Source of the DNA: Gammaproteobacteria bacterium
GTDB lineage: Bacteria > Pseudomonadota > Gammaproteobacteria > Arenicellales > Poriferihabitantaceae
DNA: 64,000 nucleotides
Reading direction: 5' to 3'
Assembly: GCA_009842505.1 (NCBI GenBank)
Contig: VYFG01000040.1
Location: 19,380 to 83,379 of the forward strand
Part shown: positions 29,217-39,945 of the stretch, piece after piece
How positions within the stretch are numbered: the first letter of the stretch is position 1
Layout of the letters: each line of letters opens with the position of its first letter
Translations under genes and position numbers: made by a program
The notes under the pieces: generated by a model
The model's input: only the letters and a program-made list of their open reading frames with translations
What the model was told of the DNA's origin: nothing
Databases searched by the model: none

Positions 29217-29715
29217 GCCCGCGACCCGGGCGGATCTCTTTTCCGGCGCCATCCCATTCCTGGGGCTCGGATTCGGCACCGGGCTGATTCCCCGGGCTCC
29301 CGGCACTTTCGGTACCCTGGCGGCCATTCCACTGGCTGTCGCCGCCGCCCTGGCGGGCCAATGGGCGTATCTGCTGGTCACGCTGTTGGCGGTGACCGGG
29401 GGCGTGGTGATCTGCGAAGAAACCGCCCGCCTGCTGGGTGCCCATGATCATGCCGCCATCGTCTGGGATGAAATCGCGGGATTCCTCGTGACCATGCTTC
29501 TGGTGCCCATGACCGCGGTCAACGTCATCGCCGGATTTATCCTGTTCCGGTTGTTTGATATCCTGAAACCCTGGCCCATTCGTCGCATAGACCGGCAGGT
29601 CGGAGGCGGTCTTGGTATCATCCTTGATGACCTGGTCGCCGGGCTGTTCGCCGCGCTCACACTCCTCCTGCTCGTGCAGACCGGGCTGTTCGGGCCGTAC
29701 ACCGGAATTTCCTGA
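29209..29715 (+). CDS. pgpA: phosphatidylglycerophosphatase A
   Basis: The GTG at 29209 overlaps the nusB stop. It has ...LGLGFGTGLIPRAPGTFGTLAAIPL... and ...DEIAGF...ILKPWPIR..D, which are PgpA signatures. Confidence 0.8.
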   Translation: MNRPATRADLFSGAIPFLGLGFGTGLIPRAPGTFGTLAAIPLAVAAALAGQWAYLLVTLLAVTGGVVICEETARLLGAHDHAAIVWDEIAGFLVTMLLVPMTAVNVIAGFILFRLFDILKPWPIRRIDRQVGGGLGIILDDLVAGLFAALTLLLLVQTGLFGPYTGIS

Positions 29716-29739
29716 AAACCAACCCCTTGAAAGAACACC

Positions 29740-30732
29740 ATGACTACTTTCAGCGCTTACCGAATCGACCGGACGGAAGAAAAAAAGATCACCGCCGGAT
29801 ACCAGAACATGACCCTGGACGAGTTGACTCCCGGGGAAGTGGTCATCCGGGTCCGGTGGTCGGACATCAACTTCAAGGATGTCCTGGCAGCCACGGGGAA
29901 GGGAAAGATCCTCAGACGCTATCCGCTGAACGGCGGTATCGATCTTGCCGGCGTGGTGGAGAGCTCGGAGGATGAACGCTTCGGGCCCGGTGACGAGGTG
30001 CTGGTTGCCGGTTGCGGACTGTCGGAAACCGCTGACGGCGGGTATGCCGAAATGGCCAGAATCTGTGCTGACTGCGTGGTACCGATGCCGGCGGGCCTTT
30101 CCATGAAGGAGGCCATGGCGCTCGGCACCGCGGGCTTCACCGCCGCCATGGCGGTCATGCGGATGGAGCAGAATGGCCAGACACCGGAACACGGCAAGGT
30201 GGTGGTGACCGGCGCCACCGGCGGCGTGGGCAGCATCGCCATCGATATCCTGGCATCCCTGGGATACGAAGTGGTCGCGTTCACCGGCAAGAAGGACCAG
30301 TACGATTACCTCCGCACCCTGGGCGCCAGTGAATTCATCGACCGGCACAGCGTGGAAATGGGCACCAACCCCCTGGAAAGCGCCATCTGGGGCGGGGCCG
30401 TTGACAACGCCGGCGGGGAAACCCTGGCCTGGTTGACGCGCACGGTGAAACCCTGGGGCAATATCGCCAGTATCGGCCTGGTGGATGATTTCAGGCTGAA
30501 CACCACGGTGATGCCTTTCATCCTCCGGGGCGTCTCCCTTCTCGGCATCAACTCCATTGAGATGCCCAACCACGTGCGCAATACCCTGTGGGAGCGCCTG
30601 GGCCGGGATCTGAAGCCCGCGCATCTCGACAAGATCGTGACCAGGGAGGTGGGTTTCGACGAGTTGCCGCAGACCTTCGACAGTTACCTTGACGGGAGCA
30701 ACACCGGGCGGACGCTGGTCAGAATCTGCTAG
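29740..30732 (+). CDS. acuI: YhdH/AcuI-type MDR oxidoreductase (acrylyl-CoA reductase-like)
   Basis: 330-aa ORF. The N-terminal ...VIRVRWSDINFKDVLAATGKGKILRRYPLNGGIDLAGVV... is characteristic of the YhdH subfamily, and it has an NADPH-binding VTGATGGVGS motif. Confidence 0.75.
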   Translation: MTTFSAYRIDRTEEKKITAGYQNMTLDELTPGEVVIRVRWSDINFKDVLAATGKGKILRRYPLNGGIDLAGVVESSEDERFGPGDEVLVAGCGLSETADGGYAEMARICADCVVPMPAGLSMKEAMALGTAGFTAAMAVMRMEQNGQTPEHGKVVVTGATGGVGSIAIDILASLGYEVVAFTGKKDQYDYLRTLGASEFIDRHSVEMGTNPLESAIWGGAVDNAGGETLAWLTRTVKPWGNIASIGLVDDFRLNTTVMPFILRGVSLLGINSIEMPNHVRNTLWERLGRDLKPAHLDKIVTREVGFDELPQTFDSYLDGSNTGRTLVRIC

Positions 30733-30875
30733 CGGGGAAGCCGGTGTTCCCGTGGGTCACGCCAACAGCCGCCCCGCGGAACCGTTCACGATTTCCGTGT
30801 CCCTGCACCGGCCCGCCTGCGTGAAGGTGGCTGATCGGGAACATCGTATGCCGGAATCACGTAACCTGCCCACCC

Positions 30876-32195
30876 ATGTCCTCTGAAACGTTTTCCTGGG
30901 TCGTCATCGCCCTGCTGGTCTGCAATGCCGGGCTGCTCGTGTGGATCTGGCGTGTGGTGAGGCATGCGCGTGATCACCGGGAGTCGCTGGAGCCGGTGGT
31001 GCGGGAAGAGTTCCGGGTCGGCCGGGAGGAGGCGGATCGGACGATCCGGGGGCTCAGGGAGGAGATCGCCCGGACACAGCATGCGAGCACCGAGCAGCTC
31101 GGCGCCGTGCTGCACCAGATCGGGAAGTCCCAGGGCGAGCGGCTCACGGAAGTCACCCGCCAGCTCGAAAACCTGGCCCGATCCAACGAATCGCGCCTCG
31201 ACAGGCTTCGCGAGTCGGTAGAGCAGCGGCTTGACCGCCTTCAGAAGAACAACGAGCTGAAGCTCGACCAGATGCGAAAAACGGTGGATGAACAACTCCA
31301 GGGCACGCTCGAGAAACGGCTCGGAGAGTCGTTCAGGCTAGTGAGCGAGCGCCTTGAACAGGTGCACAAGGGACTCGGGGAAATGCAGCAGCTCGCGACC
31401 GGAGTGGGGGATCTGAAACGGGTGCTCACCAACGTCAAGACGAAGGGTACCTGGGGTGAGGTACAGCTGGGTGCATTGCTTGAGCAGATATTGACGCGGC
31501 ACCAGTACGAGGCAAACGTGAAACCGAAGCCCGGCTCGAACGAGATCGTCGAGTTCGCGATCAGGCTGCCAGGTCCGGATGATGCTCCGGCAGGTGTGGT
31601 GTGGCTGCCGATCGATGCAAAGTTCCCGCAGGACTACTACCACCGGCTGCTCGATGCCGCGGATTCCGGGGACTCCAAGGCGGTGCAGCAAGCGTCCGCC
31701 GCGCTGGCGCGGGCGGTTGGGTCGGCCGCGGCCGACATCCAGAAGAAATATCTCGCGCCGCCGCATACAACGGATTTCGGGATTCTCTTCCTCCCGACCG
31801 AGGGACTGTACGCCGAAGTGGTGCGCGACCCCGAACTCCTGGACAGGCTCCAGCAGCGTCACCGCGTGGTGGTTGCCGGGCCGACCACGCTGTCGGCGAT
31901 CCTGAACAGCCTCCAGATGGGATTTCGCACCCTTGCCATCGAAAGGCGTTCGAGCGAGGTATGGACGGTCCTGTCGGCGGTAAAAACCGAGTTCGGCAAG
32001 TTCGGGGAGGTGCTCGACAGGGTGAAGAAACAGCTCGATACAGCGTCGAGGTCGATTGATCAGACCGGGACACGCTCACGCGCCATTGAACGTAAGCTCC
32101 GTTCGGTCGAGGAGTTGCCGTCTGACGGGGACGCGGCCGGGCTGCTCGGGCTTTCGGCCGAAGACCACGAGGACCCCGAGGAGTCCCGGACATAG
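30876..32195 (+). CDS. rmuC: DNA recombination protein RmuC
   Basis: It has an N-terminal TM, a long coiled-coil, and the conserved ...VKTKGTWGEVQLGALLEQIL... with ...PIDAKFP... of the RmuC nuclease-like domain. Confidence 0.85.
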   Translation: MSSETFSWVVIALLVCNAGLLVWIWRVVRHARDHRESLEPVVREEFRVGREEADRTIRGLREEIARTQHASTEQLGAVLHQIGKSQGERLTEVTRQLENLARSNESRLDRLRESVEQRLDRLQKNNELKLDQMRKTVDEQLQGTLEKRLGESFRLVSERLEQVHKGLGEMQQLATGVGDLKRVLTNVKTKGTWGEVQLGALLEQILTRHQYEANVKPKPGSNEIVEFAIRLPGPDDAPAGVVWLPIDAKFPQDYYHRLLDAADSGDSKAVQQASAALARAVGSAAADIQKKYLAPPHTTDFGILFLPTEGLYAEVVRDPELLDRLQQRHRVVVAGPTTLSAILNSLQMGFRTLAIERRSSEVWTVLSAVKTEFGKFGEVLDRVKKQLDTASRSIDQTGTRSRAIERKLRSVEELPSDGDAAGLLGLSAEDHEDPEESRT

Positions 32196-32197
32196 GC

Positions 32198-32223
32198 CCG
32201 AGCGTTGCCTCGGTTGGGATTTT
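32198..32223 (+). terminator. weak candidate intrinsic terminator after rmuC
   Basis: CCGAG-cgttgc-CTCGG (a 5-bp stem) followed by TTGGGATTTT. It lies between convergent genes. The short stem makes this tentative. Confidence 0.3.
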
Positions 32224-32278
32224 CGCGTCCCGCACGGGGGGTCGTCCGCGCAGCCGTGGAGGAGAACCGGCGGACGGA

Positions 32279-33718
32279 TCACTTCCTGCGCCAGCGGTGG
32301 AATTTCTCCAGCAGTTCGAGCGCCCATGACGGCGCATGAGCCTTTTTCCAGTTGCCGGCGACGTACTTGTTGGCTTCCATCCATGTGGGGTAGGCATGGA
32401 TGGTGCCGAGAATCCTGTTAAGGCCGATGTTCTGCTTCATGGCAAGCACGAACTCGGCGATCAGGTCGCCGGCATGGCTCCCGAGTATGGTGACACCGAG
32501 GATCCGGTCCTTCCCGGGTACCGTCAGAACCTTGACCACCCCCTCGGCGTGGCCGTCGGCCAGGGCCCGGTCCAGGTGGGATAGTTCGTACCGGGTCACC
32601 TCGTAGGGAATGTTCTTCTCCTGCGCGTCTTGTTCGTTGAGTCCCACGCGGGCCACTTCGGGATCGGTATAGGTGGCCCAGGGGATCACACGGTAGTCCA
32701 CGCGGAACTTCCGCAGCGGTCGGAACAGGGCGTTGACCGTGGCATACCAGGCCTGGTGGGATGCGACGTGGGTGAATTGGTAAGGGCCCACAACATCGCC
32801 GCAGGCGAAGATGGAGGGATAGCCCGCCTGCAGGTAGTCGTTGGTTTCGATAGTCTTCTTTTCCGTCAGCGGAATATTCACGGCCTCGAACCCGGAACCG
32901 GTGGAGCGGGGCGCCCGACCCACCGCCACCAGGATACGGTCGAAGGGCACTTCCACGGTTTCCCCGTTTCCCTCGCAGTGGATGACATGCTGTCCGCCGT
33001 CCGCGGTCACTTTCACGGCCCTGTGGCCGGTCAGCAGCCGGATCCCTTCGGTGGTGAAACGCTCCGCCATGAATTCCGCGATTTCGCGGTCCTCCCGGAT
33101 CATGATCTGGGGGAGCATTTCGACGACGGTGACCTCGCTGCCCAAACGGGCAAAGCACTGGGCCAGCTCGCAGCCGATGGGACCGCCGCCCAGAACCACC
33201 AGCCTTCCGGGAAGCTGTTCCAGTTCCCAGATATTGTCGGAAGTCAGGAACTCGACCCCGTCGAGGCCGGGGATGGGCGGCACGAAAGGCTGTGCGCCGG
33301 TGGCGAGAATGATGTTCCGGGTCTTGATCACGCGGCCGTTCACCTCCACTTCCGTGGGAGAACGGACCGTGGCCTCACCCTGGATCACCTCGACGCCGAG
33401 ACCGGTATAGCGCTCCACGGAGTCGTTGGGTTCGATCGCAGCGATCACCGCGCGGACCCGGGCCATGACGTCGGCAAAATCGAATTCCGCCTCGGCCTTC
33501 CGGATACCCCAGTTCCGGGCATGGCGAATCTGGTGCAGCAGCCTTGCCGTGGCGATGAGCGACTTGGAGGGAACGCAGCCTGTGTTCAGGCAGTCACCGC
33601 CCATCTTCCCCCGTTCAATGAGAATTACCCGGGCCCTGATCGCCGCCGCGATATAGGCGCTGACCAGGCCCGCGCTGCCGGCGCCGATGACCACCAGGTT
33701 GGCATCGTATCCGTTCAT
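32279..33718 (-). CDS. FAD-dependent pyridine nucleotide-disulfide oxidoreductase (mercuric reductase/dihydrolipoamide dehydrogenase-like)
   Basis: It has MNGYDANLVVIGAGSAG, the redox-active CLNTGCVPSK, a second NAD(P) fold (LVVLGGGPIGCE) and a C-terminal dimerisation domain. The start is ATG 33718 (GTG 33724 is an alternative), directly after the TVP38 stop. Confidence 0.85.
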   Translation of the reverse strand: MNGYDANLVVIGAGSAGLVSAYIAAAIRARVILIERGKMGGDCLNTGCVPSKSLIATARLLHQIRHARNWGIRKAEAEFDFADVMARVRAVIAAIEPNDSVERYTGLGVEVIQGEATVRSPTEVEVNGRVIKTRNIILATGAQPFVPPIPGLDGVEFLTSDNIWELEQLPGRLVVLGGGPIGCELAQCFARLGSEVTVVEMLPQIMIREDREIAEFMAERFTTEGIRLLTGHRAVKVTADGGQHVIHCEGNGETVEVPFDRILVAVGRAPRSTGSGFEAVNIPLTEKKTIETNDYLQAGYPSIFACGDVVGPYQFTHVASHQAWYATVNALFRPLRKFRVDYRVIPWATYTDPEVARVGLNEQDAQEKNIPYEVTRYELSHLDRALADGHAEGVVKVLTVPGKDRILGVTILGSHAGDLIAEFVLAMKQNIGLNRILGTIHAYPTWMEANKYVAGNWKKAHAPSWALELLEKFHRWRRK

Positions 33719-33720
33719 GA

Positions 33721-34425
33721 TCACGCATCTTCGGTCAGGTCGCCGCTCTTCCTGACCTTCCTGATCAGCCTGAGGAGGTACCTGGCGATATAGGGAAACA
33801 CCGCCAGCAGGGTGAAGGACGCGATCATCACGGGTGACAGCAGGCCCTTCACCGACTCAAGGCGTGAAAGCTGGGTTCCGGCATTGACGAACACCATGCT
33901 GCCCGGCGCCATGCCGATGAACGAGGCCACGGCGTAGGTCAGTGTCCGGATCGGCGTCAGCCCCATGAGCAGGTTCACGGCGAAGAAGGGAAAGACCGGA
34001 ACCAACCGCATGGAAAACAGGTAGAGCGCGCCCTCCCGGCGAAAATTTTCCTGGATGGCGCCCAGCCGCTCTCCCATTCTGGATTCGACGAGGTCGCGAA
34101 ACAGGTACCGGGCGAGGAGAAACGCGATGGTGGCGCCGATGGTGGCGGAAAACAGCACGACCAGGGAGCCCGCAACGAAACCGAAAATCGCGCCCCCGAC
34201 CAGGGTCAGGACCAGCGCCCCCGGGATCGATGACGCCGTCACCACGATGTAGATCGCGGCATAGGCCAGCAGGGAACCGACTGGGTTGGCCACCCGGTAC
34301 TGCCGGATGGTTTCCAGTTGGGACTGGACGAAGTCCAGGCTGAGATAGTGCCTTGGCCCGAAAAGAACAAAACCGCCGATGGCGGCTATCACCAGGACAA
34401 GTACCAGGATCTTGGATTTTGACAT
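33721..34425 (-). CDS. TVP38/TMEM64 (DedA-related) family membrane protein
   Basis: 234-aa polytopic ORF with the family-typical ...LVPVFPFFAVNLLMGLT... segment, tightly coupled to the downstream flavoprotein. Confidence 0.8.
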   Translation of the reverse strand: MSKSKILVLVLVIAAIGGFVLFGPRHYLSLDFVQSQLETIRQYRVANPVGSLLAYAAIYIVVTASSIPGALVLTLVGGAIFGFVAGSLVVLFSATIGATIAFLLARYLFRDLVESRMGERLGAIQENFRREGALYLFSMRLVPVFPFFAVNLLMGLTPIRTLTYAVASFIGMAPGSMVFVNAGTQLSRLESVKGLLSPVMIASFTLLAVFPYIARYLLRLIRKVRKSGDLTEDA

Positions 34426-34605
34426 GGGTCTCGAATACCGTGTTCGATGGTGGCAGGGTCACGGATCACTCCCGACTGGCACATTCGGACTACCGGGAAC
34501 GCGACAAGTTCCACCTGCGGACTGTAATCCGCAGGAAGTGTAACGGAAAAGGGGCCGGGTTACCCTGATTACGGCCGTTCCGGCAAAACGAACGACGGAT
34601 CCGGG

Positions 34606-35853
34606 CTATTCCATCCTGGCGATCAGTGCATCGGCGAAACCGCTGGTGGAAACCTCACGGGCACCGTCCATCAGCCGGGCGAAATCATAGGTCACGGTTT
34701 TTTCCGCCAGCACCCTGACAAACGCGTCGTTGATCAGGTCTGCGGCCTCCTGCCAACCGATGTGCTCCAGCATCATCACGCCGGAAAACATCAGTGAGGA
34801 CGGGTTCACCTTGTTTTGGTTGGCGTACTTGGGCGCGGTGCCGTGGGTTGCCTCGAACACGGCCACCTCGTCGGAGATGTTGGCGCCCGGCGCGATGCCG
34901 ATGCCTCCCACCTCCGCCGCCACCGCGTCGGACAGGTAGTCGCCGTTCAGGTTCATCGTGGCCAGGACATCGAACTCGGCAGGCCGGAGCTGCAGCAACT
35001 GGAAGGTGATGTCGGCGATCCGGTCCTTGATGACAATCTTTCCTTCCGGCGCCTGGCCGCCGTGTTCTTCCCAGAGTTCCTCCTCGGTCACGACCTGGTC
35101 GCGGAACTCCTCCTTGGCAAGTTCATAGCCCCAGTTGCGGAATCCGCCCTCGGTGAACTTCATGATGTTGCCCTTGTGCACCAGCGTTACGCTGGCGCGA
35201 TCGTGGTCGACTGCGTACTGGATCGCCTTGCGAACGAGACGGCGTGAACCGAATGGACTGACCGGCTTGATGCCGAGGGCCGCCCCCTCGAAGAATTCCG
35301 CGCCCATCTCCTCGCGCAGGAACCTGGCCAGCTTCTCGTTCTCCGGTGAGCCGCTTTCATACTCGATGCCGCAATAGACATCCTCGGTGTTCTCGCGGAA
35401 TATCACCACGTCAACGTCCTCGGGACGGCGTAGCGGTGAAGGCACGCCCTGGTAATAGCGCACCGGCCGCACACAGGCAAACAGGTCCATTTCCTGGCGC
35501 AGGGATACGTTGAGGGAACGGAAACCCCCGCCCACCGGCGTGGTCAGGGGACCCTTGATGGCAACCTTGAGATCCCGGATCGCGGCCAGCGTTTCCTCCG
35601 GGAAATAGTCCCCGCCATAGATGCCCGCCGCTTTTTCCCCCATGAAAAGCTCGCACCAGGCAACCCTGCGTTTGCCGCCGTAGGCCTTTTCCACGGCGGC
35701 GTCCCAGACGCGCAGCGAGGCCGAGGTGATGTCGGGACCGATGCCGTCCCCCTCGACAAAACCCAGGATCGGCTGATCCGGCACGACCAGCTTGCCGTTG
35801 GAGATGGAGATCCGGGTGCCGCTTTCCGGCATCTTGATGTGCTGATAGGTCAT
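34606..35853 (-). CDS. icd: NADP-dependent isocitrate dehydrogenase
   Basis: I place the start at ATG 35853 ([15 protein letters not shown]...). It has ...[16 protein letters not shown]..., ...[22 protein letters not shown]... and ...[10 protein letters not shown]... motifs of homodimeric IDH. Confidence 0.9.
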   Translation of the reverse strand: MTYQHIKMPESGTRISISNGKLVVPDQPILGFVEGDGIGPDITSASLRVWDAAVEKAYGGKRRVAWCELFMGEKAAGIYGGDYFPEETLAAIRDLKVAIKGPLTTPVGGGFRSLNVSLRQEMDLFACVRPVRYYQGVPSPLRRPEDVDVVIFRENTEDVYCGIEYESGSPENEKLARFLREEMGAEFFEGAALGIKPVSPFGSRRLVRKAIQYAVDHDRASVTLVHKGNIMKFTEGGFRNWGYELAKEEFRDQVVTEEELWEEHGGQAPEGKIVIKDRIADITFQLLQLRPAEFDVLATMNLNGDYLSDAVAAEVGGIGIAPGANISDEVAVFEATHGTAPKYANQNKVNPSSLMFSGVMMLEHIGWQEAADLINDAFVRVLAEKTVTYDFARLMDGAREVSTSGFADALIARME

Positions 35854-36214
35854 TGCTCGTCGTTCGGGAGGATAGTGCTGAAGGAGGGATTTTGCCTGAA
35901 ATCCGCGTCCGGGGCGATCCGACCAACAGTGGAAATCCATCAGGATGCCTTACCTGGGACGGATACCCTCTCCGACGGGAACCTGCCCCGATCGCGGCAT
36001 GTCCGGGAAAACGGCCCGTGATGGCCCGGGACCCGGCATCCCGGTAGAATGGCGGTCCGCCCCATGACCGCGTCCCCGGGTGCGCCGACGGGGCAGCCGG
36101 CACCGGCTGCGACGGCTCAAACCATGGTCTAGGTTATCGCCGGGATTGATGTCTGTTAATGCCGTGGGCTTTGGGCTATATTGATCGTTCCGAGAATTAA
36201 CTGCCTGAAATCCA

Positions 36215-38350
36215 ATGACAAAACTTCCGAACAGCCTGGATCAGTGGTGTCAGGTCGCCACTGCGGATCTCAGGGGCAAGGAGCCCGCAGTTCTCGACTG
36301 GGAGACACCCGAGGGGATTCAGGTAAAACCACTGTATACCGCGGCAGACCTGGAGAAGCTGGAGTTTGTCGATAGCCTGCCGGGATTCCCCCCGTATACC
36401 CGGGGTCCCAGGGCCACCATGTACGCCGGCCGTCCCTGGACGGTTCGCCAGTATGCCGGCTTTTCCACCGCTGAGGAATCCAACGACTTCTACCGCAAGA
36501 ACCTGGCGGCGGGACAGGCGGGGCTGTCGGTGGCTTTCGATCTGGCCACCCACCGGGGCTACGACTCCGACCATCCGAGGGTGCAGGGAGATGTAGGCAA
36601 GGCCGGTGTTGCCATTGACTCCGTGGAGGACATGAAGATCCTGTTCGACCGGATTCCCCTGGACAGGATGTCGGTTTCCATGACCATGAACGGCGCAGTA
36701 CTGCCGGTCATGGCAATGTATGTCGTCGCCGCCGAGGAGCAGGGCGTGGAACCCGGTTCGCTGTCCGGCACACTGCAGAACGACATCCTCAAGGAATTCA
36801 TGGTGCGGAACACCTACATCTATCCGCCGGGGCCGTCGATGCGCATCGTCTCCGATATCATTGCCTTCACTGCGGAACAGATGCCCAGGTTCAATCCCAT
36901 TTCCATTTCCGGGTACCACATGCAGGAGGCGGGCGCCACCTGTGTGCAGGAACTGGCCTATACCCTGGCGGACGGCCTGGAGTACGTGCGCTCGGCGGTG
37001 GATGCCGGCCTGGAGGTGGACCGGTTCGCACCGCGCCTGTCGTTCTTCTTCGCCATCGGGATGAACTTTTTCATGGAGGTGGCCAAGCTGCGCGCGGCGC
37101 GGACTCTCTGGGCGGAACTGATGCGAGAACGGTTCCGTCCCCGGGACGAGCGCTCCCTCATGCTGCGCACCCACTGCCAGACTTCCGGGGTGAGCCTTAC
37201 CAGCCTTGACCCCTACAACAACGTGATCCGTACCACCATCGAGGCCATGGCGGCGGTGCTGGGCGGTACCCAGTCCCTGCACACCAACGCCTTCGACGAG
37301 GCCCTGGCGCTGCCCACGGAAAACTCCGCCCGTATTGCTCGCAACACCCAGCTGATCCTGCAGCACGAGGCGGGCTTGACCAAGGTGGTGGATCCGATGG
37401 CGGGTTCCTATTACCTGGAAAGCCTCACCGGCAGCCTGGTGAACGAGGCCCGGAAGGTGATCGCGGAAGTGGACGAACTGGGCGGCATGACCCGGGCCGT
37501 GGAAGCCGGTCTGCCGAAGCTCCGGATCGAAGAGGCCGCGGCCAGGCGCCAGGCCCGCATTGACCGGGGGGAGGAGGTCATCGTCGGGGTGAACCGGTTC
37601 CGGCGCGACGAGGAGGAGCAGGTCGACATCCTGGTGGTGGACAATGACGCGGTCCTGAAAAGCCAGCTGGCACGGCTGGAGGCCGTCCGTTCCGGCCGGG
37701 ACGAAGAGGCCTGCCAAAATGCCCTGGAGGCGCTGTCGAAGGCTGCCGCGGCAGGTGACAACCTGCTTGCCGGGGCGGTGGACGCGGCACGCGCCCGGGC
37801 CACCGTGGGAGAGATATCCTTCGCCCTGGAGAGGGAATTCGGCCGTCACCGGGCCGAGATCCGGTCCATCGCCGGCGTGTACGGCTCCCTCTACGAGGGG
37901 GACGACGAATTCGACGCCCTCCGGGAGCGGATTGCACACTACGCCGAAAAGGAGGGCCGGCGGCCCCGGATGCTGGTGGTGAAACTGGGGCAGGACGGCC
38001 ACGACCGCGGGGCCAAGGTCATTGCAACGTCCTTCGCGGACATGGGGTTCGATGTGGATGTCGGACCGCTGTTCCAGACCCCGGAGGAAGCGGTTCGCCA
38101 GGCGATCGAGAACGACGTGCACCTGATCGGCATCTCGTCCCAGGCCGCGGGCCATCGCACCCTGGTTCCCGGGGTGATGGACGCCCTGGCGGCCCAGGGG
38201 GTGGACGACATCCTGGTCATCTGCGGCGGCGTGATTCCCCCGGGAGACCATGCCATGCTGAAGGAAGCCGGTGTGGCGGCCATTTTCGGTCCCGGCACCA
38301 ATATTCCGGAAGCTGCCGGGACGATCATTGATATACTGGAAGCAGCCTGA
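36215..38350 (+). CDS. scpA: methylmalonyl-CoA mutase, single-chain large subunit with a C-terminal B12-binding domain
   Basis: 711-aa ORF. It has ...[47 protein letters not shown]... and the C-terminal ...[15 protein letters not shown]... (DxHxxG cobalamin motif). Confidence 0.95.
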   Translation: MTKLPNSLDQWCQVATADLRGKEPAVLDWETPEGIQVKPLYTAADLEKLEFVDSLPGFPPYTRGPRATMYAGRPWTVRQYAGFSTAEESNDFYRKNLAAGQAGLSVAFDLATHRGYDSDHPRVQGDVGKAGVAIDSVEDMKILFDRIPLDRMSVSMTMNGAVLPVMAMYVVAAEEQGVEPGSLSGTLQNDILKEFMVRNTYIYPPGPSMRIVSDIIAFTAEQMPRFNPISISGYHMQEAGATCVQELAYTLADGLEYVRSAVDAGLEVDRFAPRLSFFFAIGMNFFMEVAKLRAARTLWAELMRERFRPRDERSLMLRTHCQTSGVSLTSLDPYNNVIRTTIEAMAAVLGGTQSLHTNAFDEALALPTENSARIARNTQLILQHEAGLTKVVDPMAGSYYLESLTGSLVNEARKVIAEVDELGGMTRAVEAGLPKLRIEEAAARRQARIDRGEEVIVGVNRFRRDEEEQVDILVVDNDAVLKSQLARLEAVRSGRDEEACQNALEALSKAAAAGDNLLAGAVDAARARATVGEISFALEREFGRHRAEIRSIAGVYGSLYEGDDEFDALRERIAHYAEKEGRRPRMLVVKLGQDGHDRGAKVIATSFADMGFDVDVGPLFQTPEEAVRQAIENDVHLIGISSQAAGHRTLVPGVMDALAAQGVDDILVICGGVIPPGDHAMLKEAGVAAIFGPGTNIPEAAGTIIDILEAA

Positions 38351-38399
38351 GATTCCGCCCGGGTTCAGGCTCCCTGCAAAAGCCCATTCAAACCTGCCC

Positions 38400-39932
38400 A
38401 TGCAAGAGATCATTCAGCAACTGGAACAGAAGCGTGCCGAGGCCAAGCTCGGTGGCGGCGAGAAGCGGATAGAGGCCCAGCACGCGCGGGGCAAACTGAC
38501 CGCCCGGGAACGCATCGATGTCCTTCTGGACGAGGGAAGCTTCGAGGAATGGGACATCTTCGTCGAGCACCGCTGCACCGACTTCGGGATGCAGGACAAG
38601 GCCATCCCCGGGGATGGCGTCGTGGTGGGATACGGAACCATCAACGGCCGCCTGGTGTTCGTATACAGCCAGGATTTCACGGTATTCGGCGGTTCCCTGT
38701 CCGAAGCCCATGCCGAGAAAATCTGTAAGGTGATGGACCAGGCCATGAAAGTGGGCGCGCCGGTGATCGGCATTTCCGATTCCGGTGGTGCCCGGATCCA
38801 GGAAGGGGTGGCTTCTCTGGGCGGCTATGCCGAGGTGTTCCAGCGCAATGTCATGTCTTCCGGGGTGGTGCCGCAGATTTCCCTCATCATGGGGCCCTGC
38901 GCCGGGGGCGCGGTGTATTCCCCGGCAATGACGGATTTCATTTTCATGGTGGAGGACAGCGCCTACATGTTCGTCACCGGACCGGACGTGGTCAAGACGG
39001 TGACCCATGAAAATGTCACCGCCGAGGATCTCGGCGGAGCGGGCACCCATACCTCCCGTTCCGGGGTGGCGGATCTCGCATTCAGCAATGACGTGGATGC
39101 ATTGCTCATGACCCGGCGGTTTTTCGGCTTTCTGCCCGCGAACAACCGGGAGAAACCGCCCCGTCACCAGACCGCGGACCCCGAGTCCCGGGTGGAGGCA
39201 TCCCTGGACAGCCTGGTCCCGGACAATCCGAACCAGCCCTATGACATGAAGGAACTGATTGTCAAGCTCGCGGACGAGGGGGATTTCTTCGAACTGAAGC
39301 CGGATTACGCGAAGAACATCATCACCGGATTCGCCCGCATGGAGGGCAGCCCGGTGGGGATTGTCGCCAACCAGCCCATGGTGCTGGCCGGGTGCCTCGA
39401 CATCAATGCCTCGGTCAAGGCCGGGCGCTTCGTGCGATTCTGCGATGCGTTCAACATTCCGATCATCACCCTGGTGGACGTCCCCGGGTTCATGCCCGGC
39501 ACCGCCCAGGAATATGGCGGCATCATCCGCCACGGCGCCAAGTTGCTCTACGCCTACGCGGAATGCACCGTGCCCAAGATCACGGTGATCACCCGCAAGG
39601 CCTATGGAGGGGCCTACGACGTCATGGCATCCAAGCATCTGCGTGGCGACGTGAACCTGGCCTGGCCCAGCGCCGAGATCGCGGTGATGGGGCCCAAGGG
39701 CGCGGTGGAAATCATCTTCCGCGAGGATGCCAAGGATCCCGACATGCTGGCCGAGCGTACGGAAGAATACCGGCAGAAGTTCGCCAATCCCTTCGTCGCG
39801 GGACGCCGGGGTTACATCGACGACGTGATCCTGCCGCGTGACACCCGCAAGCGGATCTGCCGTTCACTGGCCATGCTGGGAAGAAAGAACATCAGCAATC
39901 CATGGAAGAAGCACGGCAATATTCCACTTTGA
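38400..39932 (+). CDS. pccB: propionyl-CoA carboxylase beta chain (carboxyltransferase)
   Basis: I place the start at ATG 38400 ([39 protein letters not shown]...). This is the typical PccB/MMCT N-terminus, and the gene has a two-domain carboxyltransferase length. Confidence 0.9.
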   Translation: MQEIIQQLEQKRAEAKLGGGEKRIEAQHARGKLTARERIDVLLDEGSFEEWDIFVEHRCTDFGMQDKAIPGDGVVVGYGTINGRLVFVYSQDFTVFGGSLSEAHAEKICKVMDQAMKVGAPVIGISDSGGARIQEGVASLGGYAEVFQRNVMSSGVVPQISLIMGPCAGGAVYSPAMTDFIFMVEDSAYMFVTGPDVVKTVTHENVTAEDLGGAGTHTSRSGVADLAFSNDVDALLMTRRFFGFLPANNREKPPRHQTADPESRVEASLDSLVPDNPNQPYDMKELIVKLADEGDFFELKPDYAKNIITGFARMEGSPVGIVANQPMVLAGCLDINASVKAGRFVRFCDAFNIPIITLVDVPGFMPGTAQEYGGIIRHGAKLLYAYAECTVPKITVITRKAYGGAYDVMASKHLRGDVNLAWPSAEIAVMGPKGAVEIIFREDAKDPDMLAERTEEYRQKFANPFVAGRRGYIDDVILPRDTRKRICRSLAMLGRKNISNPWKKHGNIPL

Positions 39933-39945
39933 TCCGGGCACGTCC

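Noticed and set aside
26294-30624. Minus-strand ORFs of 359, 276 and 483 aa across the rib-nusB-pgpA-acuI region
   Set aside because: They are shadow ORFs opposite strongly supported plus-strand genes. They have biased composition and no motifs.
35854-36214. Cobalamin riboswitch upstream of the B12-dependent mutase
   Set aside because: The leader contains GGGAAC...CTGCC-like fragments but not the conserved B12 box or the surrounding core as I know it. It needs an Infernal scan to settle.
36197-38413. 738-aa minus-strand ORF, the longest in the region
   Set aside because: It lies exactly antisense to the methylmalonyl-CoA mutase gene, whose plus-strand translation carries unmistakable family motifs. 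The antisense product is Gly/Arg/His/Pro-rich with no recognisable domain. Long stop-free antisense frames are expected in DNA above 60% G+C.
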